Origin: Thermoanaerobaculia bacterium
Lineage (GTDB): Bacteria; Acidobacteriota; Thermoanaerobaculia; Multivoradales; JAGPDF01
Direction of reading: 5' to 3'
NCBI GenBank assembly: GCA_048500095.1
Contig: JASNYQ010000003.1
Location: forward strand, 77,510-141,509
DNA: 64,000 nt
Position numbers and translations under genes: made by a program. Every line of letters begins with the position of its first letter. The stretch's first letter is position 1. Shown in pieces: positions 38,456 through 50,150 of this stretch. The notes under the pieces were generated by a model. The model made no database searches, was not told the DNA's origin, and saw only the letters and a program-made list of their open reading frames with translations.

Positions 38456-40426
38456 TCAGCCGGCGGCGGCTTCGGCCCGCGCCGCGAGCCACGCGAGGGC
38501 GCCGTCGGTCGCCGCCCAGAGCGGGCGGGCCTCGGTGGCGTAGACCCACGCCTCGAGGGGGCTTCCGTGGGCGATCCCGTCGCCGTCGTCTGCCCCCTCC
38601 TCGCCGTCCGGGCCGGGCTCCCCGCCGGCGTGATCGTGGTCGTGCCCGCAGCCGCAACCGGCCCCGTGCGGCCCGTCCTCCTCCTCCCCGTCCGGCGGAT
38701 CGGGGTCCTCGGCGAGCAGGTAGCCGGCGACCCGCGGCCGCACCGCCAGCGCGCGGGCGAGGGCGCCCTCCGCCGCCGCGGCGCGCCCGCTCCGCAGCAG
38801 CGCCAGGACGCGCCCCCACACCACCTCGGGGAGCTCGTCGTCGGCGAGCCGTTCGGCCAGCGCCAGGACCGCCGCGTCCTCGCCGAGCGCGAGACGCCAG
38901 GTCAGGAGATCGCCGCGCAGCTCCTGGCCGTCCTCCGGGTCGAGCTCGAGGAGCCGCGCCAGGGCGGCGGCTGCGGCGGCCGGCTCGCCGCGGCGGTGGA
39001 GGCGGTAGGCGCGGTCCACGAGCAGCCGCCGGGCCGGCCGGTTCTCCGGCTCTCCCCAGGGGAGGGCGGCGCCGGGCCGGGCGGCCAGGAGCGGGCCGAC
39101 GATCGCCTCGGCGCGGTCGGTGAGCGGGGCGAGGAGCCGCTCGTCGAACCAGGCGCTCCCCGCCTGCTCGAGCGCCGCCACGGCGCGGGCGAGGTCGTCG
39201 AGGATGCGGAGCGAGTCGCCCGCCTCGGGGTGGCGGGCGAGGAAGCCGAGCCAGCGGGCAGCGGCCGCATCGACCCAGGCGTCCTCGTCGTCCGGGGAGC
39301 GGAGGGAGGTCCCCTCCGGCCGGCGGAGCGGCCAGACCCCCTCCCACGCGGCCTCGAGCGCGAGGAGCGACTCCGGGGTGACGAGCCGCGCGTCGAGCCG
39401 CGCGTCGGGATTCGATCGCGCCTCCTCGGCCACCTCGTAGGCGGGCAGCTCCCGGGAGGCGAAGGCCAGCAGGAGCGCCGCGAGCCCCTCGATCTGGGCC
39501 GGCTCGGCGGCGTTGAAGAAGACCGCCAGGGCGGCCTCCGGGTCGTTGGCGGCCCGCCGGTGGAAGGAGCGGGGGGGCTCGTCCTCGGGGTAGCCGGCGC
39601 GCCGCAGCTCGGCGTCGGCGCGGGCGGCGCGCGCGCGGGCCTCGGCGAGCCGTCCCTCCGCCGCGAGCAGCTGCACCTCGAGGGCGGCGGCCCCGGGATG
39701 GGCGGCGGCCCGCTCCCCGGCCCGCGCGAACGCCTCGCGCGCCGCGGCGGCGTCGCCCGCCTCGAGCGCATGCGCGGCGAGGCCGAGCTCGAACGCCGGC
39801 GTCAGGGCGGGCGGCAGCTCGCGCCGCAGGCGCTCGACCCACCGGCGCCGGTCGGCCTTGCGGGGCAGCGAGAGCACCGCCTCGGTCAGCGGCTCGAGGA
39901 GCTCCTCGTGGCGCGCGTCGAGGGCGCCGGCGGTGTCGACGAACGGCGCGAGCAGGGCGAGCGTCGCCTCGCCCCCCGCCGCGGCGAGAAAGCGGGCCGC
40001 GACCTCGGTGAGAACCGCCGGCGGGACGGCGCCGGAGGCCGCCAGCGCCGCGAGCTCGGTGCCCGGGAGGCGGTCGACGACCAGGAGCCAGAGGTCGGCG
40101 GCGTCGATCTCGGGTAGCGGCGGGCCGGCGACGCCGCAGCAGCGCTTGTGCTTCGTCCCCGAGCCGCAGGGGCAGGGGTCGTTGCGATCCGGGCGGGGGA
40201 GCGGCGCGGGGCGGAAGCGCTGCCGCGGCAGCGGCACCCGGTTCCAGATCTCGAGGCCGAGCCGGGTGGCGAGCCGCCGGAGCTCCTCGTCGTCCGCCGG
40301 GAGCCCGAGCGCGCGCGCCGCGCCGCGCGCCCCCTCGGCGCGCATCCAGGCGAGGAACGGAGCGCTCTCCCCCTCCTCGAGGGCCACCCCGACCGCTTCG
40401 CTGAGCCACTCGAGCCACGCCGACAT
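38456..40426 (-). CDS. SEC-C motif protein with helical-repeat (TPR-like) body and C-terminal Cys/His/Asp cluster
   Basis: 656 aa. NDPCPCGSGTKHKRCCG SEC-C metal-binding motif near the N-terminus. Ala/Leu-rich helical repeats. PHGAGCGCGHDHDHAGGEPGPDGEEGADDGDG near the C-terminus. Confidence 0.8.
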   Translation of the reverse strand: MSAWLEWLSEAVGVALEEGESAPFLAWMRAEGARGAARALGLPADDEELRRLATRLGLEIWNRVPLPRQRFRPAPLPRPDRNDPCPCGSGTKHKRCCGVAGPPLPEIDAADLWLLVVDRLPGTELAALAASGAVPPAVLTEVAARFLAAAGGEATLALLAPFVDTAGALDARHEELLEPLTEAVLSLPRKADRRRWVERLRRELPPALTPAFELGLAAHALEAGDAAAAREAFARAGERAAAHPGAAALEVQLLAAEGRLAEARARAARADAELRRAGYPEDEPPRSFHRRAANDPEAALAVFFNAAEPAQIEGLAALLLAFASRELPAYEVAEEARSNPDARLDARLVTPESLLALEAAWEGVWPLRRPEGTSLRSPDDEDAWVDAAAARWLGFLARHPEAGDSLRILDDLARAVAALEQAGSAWFDERLLAPLTDRAEAIVGPLLAARPGAALPWGEPENRPARRLLVDRAYRLHRRGEPAAAAAALARLLELDPEDGQELRGDLLTWRLALGEDAAVLALAERLADDELPEVVWGRVLALLRSGRAAAAEGALARALAVRPRVAGYLLAEDPDPPDGEEEDGPHGAGCGCGHDHDHAGGEPGPDGEEGADDGDGIAHGSPLEAWVYATEARPLWAATDGALAWLAARAEAAAG

Positions 40427-40506
40427 GGCGGGGAAGGTAGCACAGGCTATGATCGCGGCCGCATTCCGGAAGGCAACTCGGCCACGCCGCGACGGCGCGG
40501 GGGAGG

Positions 40507-42282
40507 ATGGCGATGCAGGGCACGGTGGGAGAGCTCTTCGCTCGTACGGCGGCGGCGCACGCGGCGCGGCCGGCGCTCCAGTGGAAAGAGGCTGGGGTCT
40601 GGCGAACCGCGACCTGGGGGGAGTACCGGGCGCGGGTGGAGCGGACCGCGCGCGCGCTCGTCGCGCTCGGCGTCGCGCCGGGCCGCGGCGTCGCGATCAT
40701 GGGTTTCAACCGGCCGGAGTGGTTCCTGGCCGACCTCGGCGCCATCCACGCCGGGGCGATCCCGACCGGGATCTACACCACGAGCACCGCCGAGCAGGTG
40801 CGCTACATCGCCGAGCACTGCGAGGCGGCGGTGGTCGTGGTGGAGGACGCGCGCTACCTCGAGCTCTTCGCGGCCCTCCGCCCCGCGCTGCCCCATCTGC
40901 GCGCCATCGTGGCGATGGAGGGCGTGGCGACCGCGGGAGACGTCTACGCCTGGGCCGACTTCGAGCGGCTGGGCGACGGGGTGGCGGAGAGCGAGCTCGC
41001 GGCGCGCCTCGCGGCCCAACGGCCCGACGACCCCGCGACGCTGATCTACACCTCGGGCACCACCGGCGCGCCGAAGGCGGTGATGATCTCCCACCGCAAC
41101 ATCACCTGGCTCGGCGCGGCCACCGTCGAGGCGTTCGCGCTCGTGCCCGACGACCGCTTCCTCTCCTATCTGCCGCTCTCCCACATCGCCGAGCAGTGCG
41201 TTTCGGTCTACATGCCGATGGTCTCGGGCGGCTGCACGGCGTTCGCGGAGAGCCTCGAGAAGCTGCCGGAGAACCTGCGCGAGGTGCGCCCGACCGTCTT
41301 CTTCGGCGTCCCCCGGGTGTGGGAGAAGATCCAGGCGCGCATGCAGGCCGCCGGGGCCGAGGCGCCCTGGCTGCGCCGGAAGATCGTCGCCTGGGCACGG
41401 GCCCAGGGGCTCGCGGGCGGCTACGCGGCGCAGCAGGGCCGGCCGCTCCCGCCCCTCCACGGCCTCGCCAAGAAGCTCGTCTTCGACAAGGTGCGCGAGC
41501 GGCTCGGCCTCGACCGCGCCCGCGCCTGCCTCACCTCGGCGGCGCCGATCTCGCTCGGCACGCTCGAGTTCTTCCTCTCGCTCGGGATCCCGATCCTCGA
41601 GGTCTACGGGATGAGCGAGTGCACGGGGCCGGCCACCTTCTCGCTCCCGGGGCGCTATCGCACGGGTCGCGCCGGCTTCGCCATCCCCGGCACCGAGGTG
41701 CGGCTCGCCGAGGACGGCGAGGTCTGGATGCGCGGGCCGCACGTCTTCCTCGGCTACTACAAGGACGAGGCGGCGACGCGCGAGACGCGCGACGCGGAGG
41801 GCTGGCTGCACTCGGGCGACATCGGCGAGCTCGACGCGGACGGGTTCCTGCGCATCACCGACCGGAAGAAGGAGCTGCTCATCACCTCGGGGGGGAAGAA
41901 CGTGGCGCCGGCGCCGATCGAGGCGCGCCTGAAGACGATCCCCGGCGTGGCGCAGGCGGTCCTGGTCGGCGATCGCCGTCCGTACTGCGCGGCGCTCCTC
42001 GCCCTCGATCCGGAGCGCGTCGCCGAGGTCGCGGCGAGGGCGGGGAGCCCGGCGCGCGACGTCGCCGCGGCGCGCGAGGACGCCGCCTTCCGCGCCTACC
42101 TCGAGGGCGAGATCGAGAAGCTCAACGCCACCCTGGCGCGCTACGAGACGGTGCGCCGCTTCGCGCTCCTGCCGGCCGAGCTCACGATCGACTCGGGCGA
42201 GCTCACGCCGACCATGAAGCTCAAGCGGCGCGTCGTTCACGAGCGCCACGCGGCGGCGATCGAGGAGCTCTACCGGGAGTGA
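40507..42282 (+). CDS. Long-chain fatty acid--CoA ligase (AMP-dependent synthetase/ligase family)
   Basis: 591 aa. AMP-binding motif LIYTSGTTGAPKAVMISH, GYGMSE-type EVYGMSEC, and TGDIGELDADGFLRITDRKKELLITSGGKNVAP. Confidence 0.93.
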   Translation: MAMQGTVGELFARTAAAHAARPALQWKEAGVWRTATWGEYRARVERTARALVALGVAPGRGVAIMGFNRPEWFLADLGAIHAGAIPTGIYTTSTAEQVRYIAEHCEAAVVVVEDARYLELFAALRPALPHLRAIVAMEGVATAGDVYAWADFERLGDGVAESELAARLAAQRPDDPATLIYTSGTTGAPKAVMISHRNITWLGAATVEAFALVPDDRFLSYLPLSHIAEQCVSVYMPMVSGGCTAFAESLEKLPENLREVRPTVFFGVPRVWEKIQARMQAAGAEAPWLRRKIVAWARAQGLAGGYAAQQGRPLPPLHGLAKKLVFDKVRERLGLDRARACLTSAAPISLGTLEFFLSLGIPILEVYGMSECTGPATFSLPGRYRTGRAGFAIPGTEVRLAEDGEVWMRGPHVFLGYYKDEAATRETRDAEGWLHSGDIGELDADGFLRITDRKKELLITSGGKNVAPAPIEARLKTIPGVAQAVLVGDRRPYCAALLALDPERVAEVAARAGSPARDVAAAREDAAFRAYLEGEIEKLNATLARYETVRRFALLPAELTIDSGELTPTMKLKRRVVHERHAAAIEELYRE

Positions 42283-42290
42283 ACCGTCAG

Positions 42291-42375
42291 CAATCCGGTG
42301 ACAGTTTACTTATTGCCTTCGCGGTGGTCCTGGGGCAGGGCGCGTCGGGGCAATAAGTAAACTGTCACCCGATTG
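42291..42375. terminator. Long AT-richer inverted repeat between convergent genes (bidirectional terminator or protein-binding palindrome)
   Basis: The arms caatccggtgacagtttacttattgcc (42291-42317) and ggcaataagtaaactgtcacccgattg (42349-42375) are 26/27 complementary, with a 31-nt loop. The right arm covers the stop and last codons of the M16 gene. Confidence 0.5.
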
Positions 42376-43606
42376 CGGCGGGCAGGCCGAGGGTGACGGC
42401 GAGGCGCGACGGGTCGAGGTGCCGGCAGGCGGCGGCCACCTCGTCGCGCGTGACCGCCCGGAGCCGGGCCGTGACCCAGGCCGGGTCGTCCAACGGCTGG
42501 CCGGTGAGCGCCGCGGCCGCGAGCAGGTCGGCCCACTGCCGCGCCGTCTCGCGGCGGAACGGCTCGCGCCCGAGCAGGTAGGAGCGCGCCTCCTCGACCT
42601 CGTCCGCGGTCGGCCCTTCGGCGAAGAGCCGGGCCAGCTCCTCGCGCACCGCGGCCTCCGCCCGCGCCGCGGTGGCGGGCGAGGTCCCGACGTAGCAGAC
42701 GAGCCGGCCGCGGTCGCGCGCCGCGCCGGCGGCCGCCTCCGCCGAGGCGGCGTAGGCGAGCCCCTCCCGCTCGCGGATGCGGGTCGGGATGCGCCCGGCG
42801 AGGCCGCTGCCCGCGCCGAGGACGACCCCGAGCAGCTCGAGCGCCGGCAGCTCCGGGTCGTCGCGGTGGACGGTGAGGCGGCCGAGGTAGAGGTGGGCCT
42901 GGTCGAGGGCGCGGGTCGCGATCTCGCGGCGCGGCTCGGGGTCGCCCGGGGGCGGCGGGGGCTCCGGCGGCGCGCCCGACCCCGCCGGCAGCGCGGCGGC
43001 GAGCTCGGCCAGGCGGGTACCGACCCGCTCCTCGTCGATCGCCCCGGCCACGGTGAGCGCGCCCCCCCACCCGAGCGCGCGGCGGTGGTGGCGGGCGGCG
43101 TGGTCCGGGGTGAGCGCCGCGATCCCCGCGCTCGTCCCCTGGAGCGGCCGGCCGCGCGGGTGGGGGGCGTAGAGCTGGTCGAGGAAGGCGCGGCCGGTCG
43201 CGAGATCGGCCTGGTCGGCTTGGCTCGCGAGCTCCCCCTCCGCCTGGCGCCGCAGGAGGTCGCAGCGGTCGGCGGGGAAGGCCGGCTCGAGCAGGAGCTC
43301 GGCGAGCCAGTCGAGGGCGACCTCCCAGTCGCCGGCGAGCGCGTCGAGTGCTACCGCGTGCCCCTCGAAGCCGGCGAGCCCCTGGAGGAGCATGCCGCGG
43401 GCCTCGGTCTGCTCGGCCAGGGTGCGCCAGTCGCGGCGCCGGGTCCCTTCGGCGAGGAGCCGGCCCGCGAGGTAGCACTGGCCCGGGATCTCTTCCGAGC
43501 GCACGCCGCCGCGCAGCCAGGCGCGCACCGCCACCAGCGGCGCCCCCTCGACGCGGCGCACGCGCAGCGCCCAGCCGGGCGGTGCCGGGCTCACGGCAGC
43601 GACCAT
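42365..43606 (-). CDS. M16-family peptidase subunit lacking the HxxEH zinc motif (non-catalytic partner)
   Basis: Start at MVAAVSP (ATG 43606), overlapping the upstream M16 gene by 16 nt. Peptidase_M16/M16_C-like sequence with no HxxEH. Confidence 0.82.
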   Translation of the reverse strand: MVAAVSPAPPGWALRVRRVEGAPLVAVRAWLRGGVRSEEIPGQCYLAGRLLAEGTRRRDWRTLAEQTEARGMLLQGLAGFEGHAVALDALAGDWEVALDWLAELLLEPAFPADRCDLLRRQAEGELASQADQADLATGRAFLDQLYAPHPRGRPLQGTSAGIAALTPDHAARHHRRALGWGGALTVAGAIDEERVGTRLAELAAALPAGSGAPPEPPPPPGDPEPRREIATRALDQAHLYLGRLTVHRDDPELPALELLGVVLGAGSGLAGRIPTRIREREGLAYAASAEAAAGAARDRGRLVCYVGTSPATAARAEAAVREELARLFAEGPTADEVEEARSYLLGREPFRRETARQWADLLAAAALTGQPLDDPAWVTARLRAVTRDEVAAACRHLDPSRLAVTLGLPAAIG

Positions 43607-44871
43607 CCGAGGACCCCGCCCCGCTCCGGGTCGAGGAAGGCGCGGGCCGCGGCGTGGATCTCCTCGGGCCCGGCGGCGAGGGTGGCGGCGAGGGTGCGGC
43701 GCGGCTCGTCGAGGTCGAAGAGGGCGAGCGCGCCGCCGGCCACCAGCGCCTGCTCGTGGATCCGCTCGTGGGCGAGCACCCAGTCGGCGAGGAGCACCTG
43801 GCGCGCCCGCGCCACCTCGGCCTCCCCGGGCGGCTCGGCGCCGCAGCGGGCGAGCTCGGCGAGGAGCTCCCCTTCGACCCGCGCCGGCTCGACCCCGGGG
43901 AGCGCCTCCGCGGCGATCGCCAGGAAGCCGGCCTCGGCGCCGTCGTGGAGGTGCGCCGAGACCGCGAGGCAGGAGGGCTCCTCCTCGACCAGCCGCCGCT
44001 GCAGGCGGCTCGCCCGCCCGGAGGCGAGGAGCGCGGCGAGCAGGCGCAGCGGCGGGTGCGCCGGGTCGGAGGCGGGCGGAGCGGGCAGCGCCAGGAGGAG
44101 GCGCGGGACCTCCCCCTGGTGCCGCTCGACGCGCTGGAGCCCGGCGAGCGCCGGCAGCGGCGGAAGCGGCGGGCGGGCCGCCCCCCGGGACGGCAGCGGG
44201 CCGAACGCCTCCTCGATCCAGGCGCCGGCCTGCGGCCCGACGTCGCCCGCCACCACCAGCACCGCGTTGTCCGGGCCGTAGAAGCGGCGGTGGAAGTCCG
44301 CCAGCTCGGCCGGCCCGGTCGCCTCGAGGTCGGCGGCGTGGCCGAGGATCGGCCGGCCGAACGGATGGCCGGGGAAGAGGGCGGCGAGCACCGCCATCTC
44401 CAGGGCGTCCCACGGCTCGTCCTCGAACATCGCGATCTCTTCCAGGATCACCTGCCGCTCGCTCGCCACCTCGGCCGGGTCGAGGGTGAGCGCCGCCATC
44501 CGGTCGGCCTCCACCGCCAGCGCGCGGCGCCAGCGGTCGGCGCCGAACGCGAAGTAGTAGGCGGTCAGGTTGTGCCCGGTGAAGGCGTTGTTCAGGCCCC
44601 CGGCCGCCTGCGTGAGCCGGTCCACCTCCCCCGGCCCGAAGCCGGGCGAGCCCTTGAACATCAGGTGCTCGAGGAAGTGGGCGAGCCCGGCGTGGCCGGG
44701 CGGCTCGTCGCGCCCGCCGGCGCGGTAGAAGAGGGCGGTGGTGACGAGCTCCGCCTGCCGGTTCGGGAGCAGGCAGACCTCCAGCCCGTTGGCGAGGCGG
44801 CCGAGCGCGGCGCGCCGGAGCCAGGGGAGAGGGTCGGTCGGGGAGGGAGAGGGCGCGGGAGGGGTCGTCAA
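43591..44871 (-). CDS. M16-family (pitrilysin-like) zinc peptidase, catalytic subunit
   Basis: 426 aa. Inverted zinc motif HFLEHLMFKG. Confidence 0.9.
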   Translation of the reverse strand: MTTPPAPSPSPTDPLPWLRRAALGRLANGLEVCLLPNRQAELVTTALFYRAGGRDEPPGHAGLAHFLEHLMFKGSPGFGPGEVDRLTQAAGGLNNAFTGHNLTAYYFAFGADRWRRALAVEADRMAALTLDPAEVASERQVILEEIAMFEDEPWDALEMAVLAALFPGHPFGRPILGHAADLEATGPAELADFHRRFYGPDNAVLVVAGDVGPQAGAWIEEAFGPLPSRGAARPPLPPLPALAGLQRVERHQGEVPRLLLALPAPPASDPAHPPLRLLAALLASGRASRLQRRLVEEEPSCLAVSAHLHDGAEAGFLAIAAEALPGVEPARVEGELLAELARCGAEPPGEAEVARARQVLLADWVLAHERIHEQALVAGGALALFDLDEPRRTLAATLAAGPEEIHAAARAFLDPERGGVLGWSLP

Positions 44872-44878
44872 CCGCGGC

Positions 44879-46881
<2,003 letters not shown>

Positions 46882-46885
<4 letters not shown>

Positions 46886-47133
46886 CGGGCGGCGTCGTCC
46901 TCGGGGGCGGGCTCGGCGTCCTCGCGGCTGGCGAGCAGCGCCTCGGCCTCCGCGAGGCGGTCCGCGGGGACGTTGACGCGGATCTCGCTCAGGCCCCCGA
47001 AGTCGACCGGGGCCTGGGTGAAGCGCAGCGACTCGATGCGGGTGGGGATCCCCTGATTCTCCAGGAAGCCGGCGACCAGGGTCGCCTCCTCCTCGGAGCC
47101 CAGCACCTCGACCGTCTGCCACTCGTCGCTCAT
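46882..47133 (-). CDS. DUF2007-type putative signal-transducing protein
   Basis: 83 aa (VEVLGSEEEATLVAGFLENQGIPTRIES...). 4-nt overlaps with both neighbours. Confidence 0.7.
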
Positions 47134-48002
47134 CGCCCCTCCTCCCGTCGTGTCCTGCCGGTTGCGGCTCGGATGATATCGCCGGCCGCCGCGGCCGGGG
47201 GACGCCGGCGGGGGAAGCGATGGCGCTCCCGCTCGGCGAAGCGCCCGGACGCCGGGTCGTGGCGGAGCATCGAGAGCGCGATCGCCTCCCCGTCGATCTC
47301 GATCCAGGTGCAGCTGTGGGCCCGCCGCTCGCGGCCGCGGCCGCGGTCCGAGGTCGTGGTCCCGCAGTGGACGATCAGGAACGGCGGACCGAGGCCGGGG
47401 AACGCCTCGTCGCTCGGGAGCACGAACGCCTCGTGGAGGTGGCCCGAGACGACGAGCTCGACGCCGGCGCGGGCGTAGGCCGCGGCGACCGCCTGCGCCC
47501 GGCGCATCGCCACGCGGCTGCGCGCCCCGGGGGCGGGCACCAGCTGGTGGTGCGCGACCACGATCCGGCAGCGGCCCGGGGGCTCGCCGGCGAAGAACGC
47601 GGCGAGCCCGGCGAGCTGGCGGCGGCGGAGGCGGCCGTTCTTGAGGGTCCAGGCGTGGGCGGTGTTGACCCCCGCCACGGCGAGCTCCTCGTCGCGGAAG
47701 ACCGGCTCGAGCTCGCGGGCGAAGTGCCGCCGGTAGGCGCCGAAGGGGGCGAAGAGGCGCTCCCAGACGCGGTAGAGGGGAACGTCGTGGTTGCCGGGGA
47801 CGACGAGGACGGGCCGCGCGAGGCCGTCCACGAAACTCCGCGCCGCGCGGAACTGGGCCGGTTTGGCGCGCTGGGTCAGGTCGCCCGAGAGCAGGACGAG
47901 GTCGGGCTGGCGCTCGGCGACCAGTGCCGCGGCGGCGCGCGCCACCTCGGGCTGGTGGTGCGGGCCGAAGTGGACGTCGGAGAGGTGGAAGAGACGGCGC
48001 AC
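47130..48002 (-). CDS. Metallophosphoesterase (calcineurin-like)
   Basis: 290 aa. LSDVHFG, SGDLTQ, GNHD and GHLH motifs. Confidence 0.9.
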   Translation of the reverse strand: MRRLFHLSDVHFGPHHQPEVARAAAALVAERQPDLVLLSGDLTQRAKPAQFRAARSFVDGLARPVLVVPGNHDVPLYRVWERLFAPFGAYRRHFARELEPVFRDEELAVAGVNTAHAWTLKNGRLRRRQLAGLAAFFAGEPPGRCRIVVAHHQLVPAPGARSRVAMRRAQAVAAAYARAGVELVVSGHLHEAFVLPSDEAFPGLGPPFLIVHCGTTTSDRGRGRERRAHSCTWIEIDGEAIALSMLRHDPASGRFAERERHRFPRRRPPAAAAGDIIRAATGRTRREEGR

Positions 48003-48010
48003 GGTCCGGC

Positions 48011-48253
48011 CTACGCGCCGTCCTCCCCGAGCAGCTCCCCGAACTGGGCGGTGACGCGGGCGGCGGCGAGCGAACCGATCGCGCCGAGGAGCGCCGGCCC
48101 CCGGCTGCGGGCGAGGAGGAAGCCTCCGAGCGCCGCCACGGCCAGGCTCGTCTTCGGGTAGGACCGCACCAGGCGCACCCAGTCGAGCTCCTCGGGCATC
48201 ACCTCGTCGAGGAGCTCGTCGGCGAGCGAGGGCGGCCGCATGCCGCGCTCCAT
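48011..48253 (-). CDS. Small hypothetical membrane protein
   Basis: 80 aa from ATG 48253 (MERGMRPPSLADELL...TSLAVAALGGFLLA...). 8 nt downstream of the DUF883 gene. Confidence 0.45.
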   Translation of the reverse strand: MERGMRPPSLADELLDEVMPEELDWVRLVRSYPKTSLAVAALGGFLLARSRGPALLGAIGSLAAARVTAQFGELLGEDGA

Positions 48254-48261
48254 CGCCGCTC

Positions 48262-48645
48262 TCAGTCGTCGCGCCGCGGGCGCAGCAGCAGGCCGAGCAC
48301 GAACCCGACCGCCGCCGCGATCAGGACCGACTTGCCCGGGTTGTCGCGCACGTACTCGTTGACGTCGGTCGACAGCTCGCCCACGTCCTTGCGCACCCGG
48401 TCGTAGCCGTGGCGCAGGCTCTCCTTGGCGTGCTCGACGCGCTCCTTCGAGTACGCGCGCGCGGCCTCGGCCCGGCGCTTCACCGTCTGGCCCACGTCCT
48501 GCACCTTCCCGCCGACCTCGTCGGCGAGCTCCTCGAACCGCTCGCGGGCCCGGCCGAGCCCCTCGTCGATCCCCTCGCGCGCTCCTTCGATCGCTTCGAC
48601 GACCGCTTCCTTCGCGCGATCGACCGTCTTGGTGGTGTCTGCCAT
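48262..48645 (-). CDS. DUF883 family (ElaB/YqjD-like) membrane-anchored stress protein
   Basis: 127 aa. Charged helical N-region and a C-terminal anchor NPGKSVLIAAAVGFVLGLLLR. Confidence 0.85.
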   Translation of the reverse strand: MADTTKTVDRAKEAVVEAIEGAREGIDEGLGRARERFEELADEVGGKVQDVGQTVKRRAEAARAYSKERVEHAKESLRHGYDRVRKDVGELSTDVNEYVRDNPGKSVLIAAAVGFVLGLLLRPRRDD

Positions 48646-48752
48646 CTCGCTCCTCCTCGCGCCGGCGTCGTCGAACGGGCCGTGCGCAGGCTCCGATGAT
48701 ACCCGGTTCGCGCGGAAACCGTCTGTTACACTGCCGCGGGAGGTTTCGGCTC

Positions 48753-50150
48753 ATGGGCGAAGTGCGATTCCTGGGGGCGTGCGGCACCGTCACCGGCTCT
48801 TGCACCCTGCTGCGCTGGGGCGGTTTCCGGCTCCTCCTCGACTGCGGCCTCTACCAGGGGGACGAGGAGACGGAGGCCCTGAACTGGCAGCCGTTCCCGT
48901 TCTCTCCCGGGGAGATCGACGCCGTCGTCCTCACCCACGCGCATCTCGACCACAGCGGCCTCCTCCCGAAGCTGGCGAGCGAGGGATTCGAGGGGCCGAT
49001 CTACTCCTCGCGGCCCACCCGCGCGCTGGCCTCGCTGGTATTGCGCGACGCCGCCGAGCTGCAGGAGGAGGAGGCCCGCTTCGCCAGGAAGAAGGGGTAC
49101 AGCCGCCACGCCGAGCCGCGGGCGCTCTTCGGGCCGCGCGACGCGAAGCGGGCGCTCGGCCTCTTCCAGCCGCTCCCCTTCGATCAGGACCGCGAGATCT
49201 CGCCCGGCATCGTCGTGCGGCTGCGGCGCGCCGGGCACCTGCTCGGCGCGGCCTCGGTGGAGGTGAGCGCCAAGGGGGGCGACGGAGAGCGGAGGCGCTG
49301 GCTCTTCTCCGGCGACGTCGGACGCTACGACGTGCCGATCCTGCACGACCCGGCGCCGCCGGCAGCCCCGCCCGCGGCGGTGCTGCTCGAGTCGACGTAC
49401 GGCAACCGGCTCCACTCCGACGAGCAGCCGCTCGAGGCGCTGCGGACGGTGATCGCCCGCACCTTCGCGCGCGGCGGCAGCGTGGTGATCCCGGCCTTCG
49501 CGCTCGGCCGCACGCAAGACGTCCTCTACCACCTCTCGGCGCTCGCCGACGAGGGGTTCCTCGACCCGGACGTGGTCTACGTCGACAGCCCGATGGCGAT
49601 CGAGGCGACCGAGATCTACCGCAACGCCGCCTCGGAGTTCGACGAGGACCTCCAGGAGCTGGTGCGCAACGGCGCCAACCCGCTCGCCGCGGACCGCTTC
49701 CAGCGCTGCCGCACCAGCGACCAGTCGCGCGAGCTCAACGACCGCCGGGAGTCGCTCGTCATCGTGGCGGCGAGCGGCATGGCGGCGGGCGGGCGCGTGG
49801 TGCACCACCTCAAGCACCGCCTCGCGGACCGCCGCAACACCGTCCTCTTCTCCGGCTACCAGGCGGCGGGCACCCGCGGCCGCGCGATCCTCGAAGGGGC
49901 CGACACGGTGGCGATCCACGGCCACCAGATCCGCGTCGCGGCCGAGGTGCTGGCCCTCCAGAGCCTGTCGGCGCACGCCGACCGCGAGGAGCTGCTGCGC
50001 TGGTGCCGGGCGCTGCCGGCGCCGCCGGCGCGGCTCTTCCTCAACCACGGCGAGGATCCGGCGCGCAAGGCGCTGGCGGTGGCGGTGGCCGCCGAGCCCG
50101 GGTGGCCCCGCGCCGTGCTGCCGCTGCGCGGTCACACCGTTCCGTGGTGA
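48753..50150 (+). CDS. MBL-fold metallo-hydrolase of the beta-CASP (RNA-metabolising) type
   Basis: Start at MGEVRFLGACGTVTGSC (ATG 48753). HAHLDHSG motif. Beta-CASP and C-terminal motifs (SAHADREEL). Confidence 0.9.
   Translation: MGEVRFLGACGTVTGSCTLLRWGGFRLLLDCGLYQGDEETEALNWQPFPFSPGEIDAVVLTHAHLDHSGLLPKLASEGFEGPIYSSRPTRALASLVLRDAAELQEEEARFARKKGYSRHAEPRALFGPRDAKRALGLFQPLPFDQDREISPGIVVRLRRAGHLLGAASVEVSAKGGDGERRRWLFSGDVGRYDVPILHDPAPPAAPPAAVLLESTYGNRLHSDEQPLEALRTVIARTFARGGSVVIPAFALGRTQDVLYHLSALADEGFLDPDVVYVDSPMAIEATEIYRNAASEFDEDLQELVRNGANPLAADRFQRCRTSDQSRELNDRRESLVIVAASGMAAGGRVVHHLKHRLADRRNTVLFSGYQAAGTRGRAILEGADTVAIHGHQIRVAAEVLALQSLSAHADREELLRWCRALPAPPARLFLNHGEDPARKALAVAVAAEPGWPRAVLPLRGHTVPW

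Noticed and set aside
37637-40745. 1023-aa minus ORF 37674..40745 and 826-aa plus ORF 37637..40117
   Set aside because: They overlap the well-supported SpoU-methylase and SEC-C genes in other frames and have Arg/Pro/Ala-dominated composition.
46886-47122. N-terminal extension of the kinase ORF (track 44879..47122) and similar extensions of 11057..12982, 42365..44413, 6533..8080 and 54346..57339
   Set aside because: The extensions overlap upstream genes, are Arg/Gly/Pro-rich, and are followed by internal starts with proper family N-termini and ATGA-type couplings.
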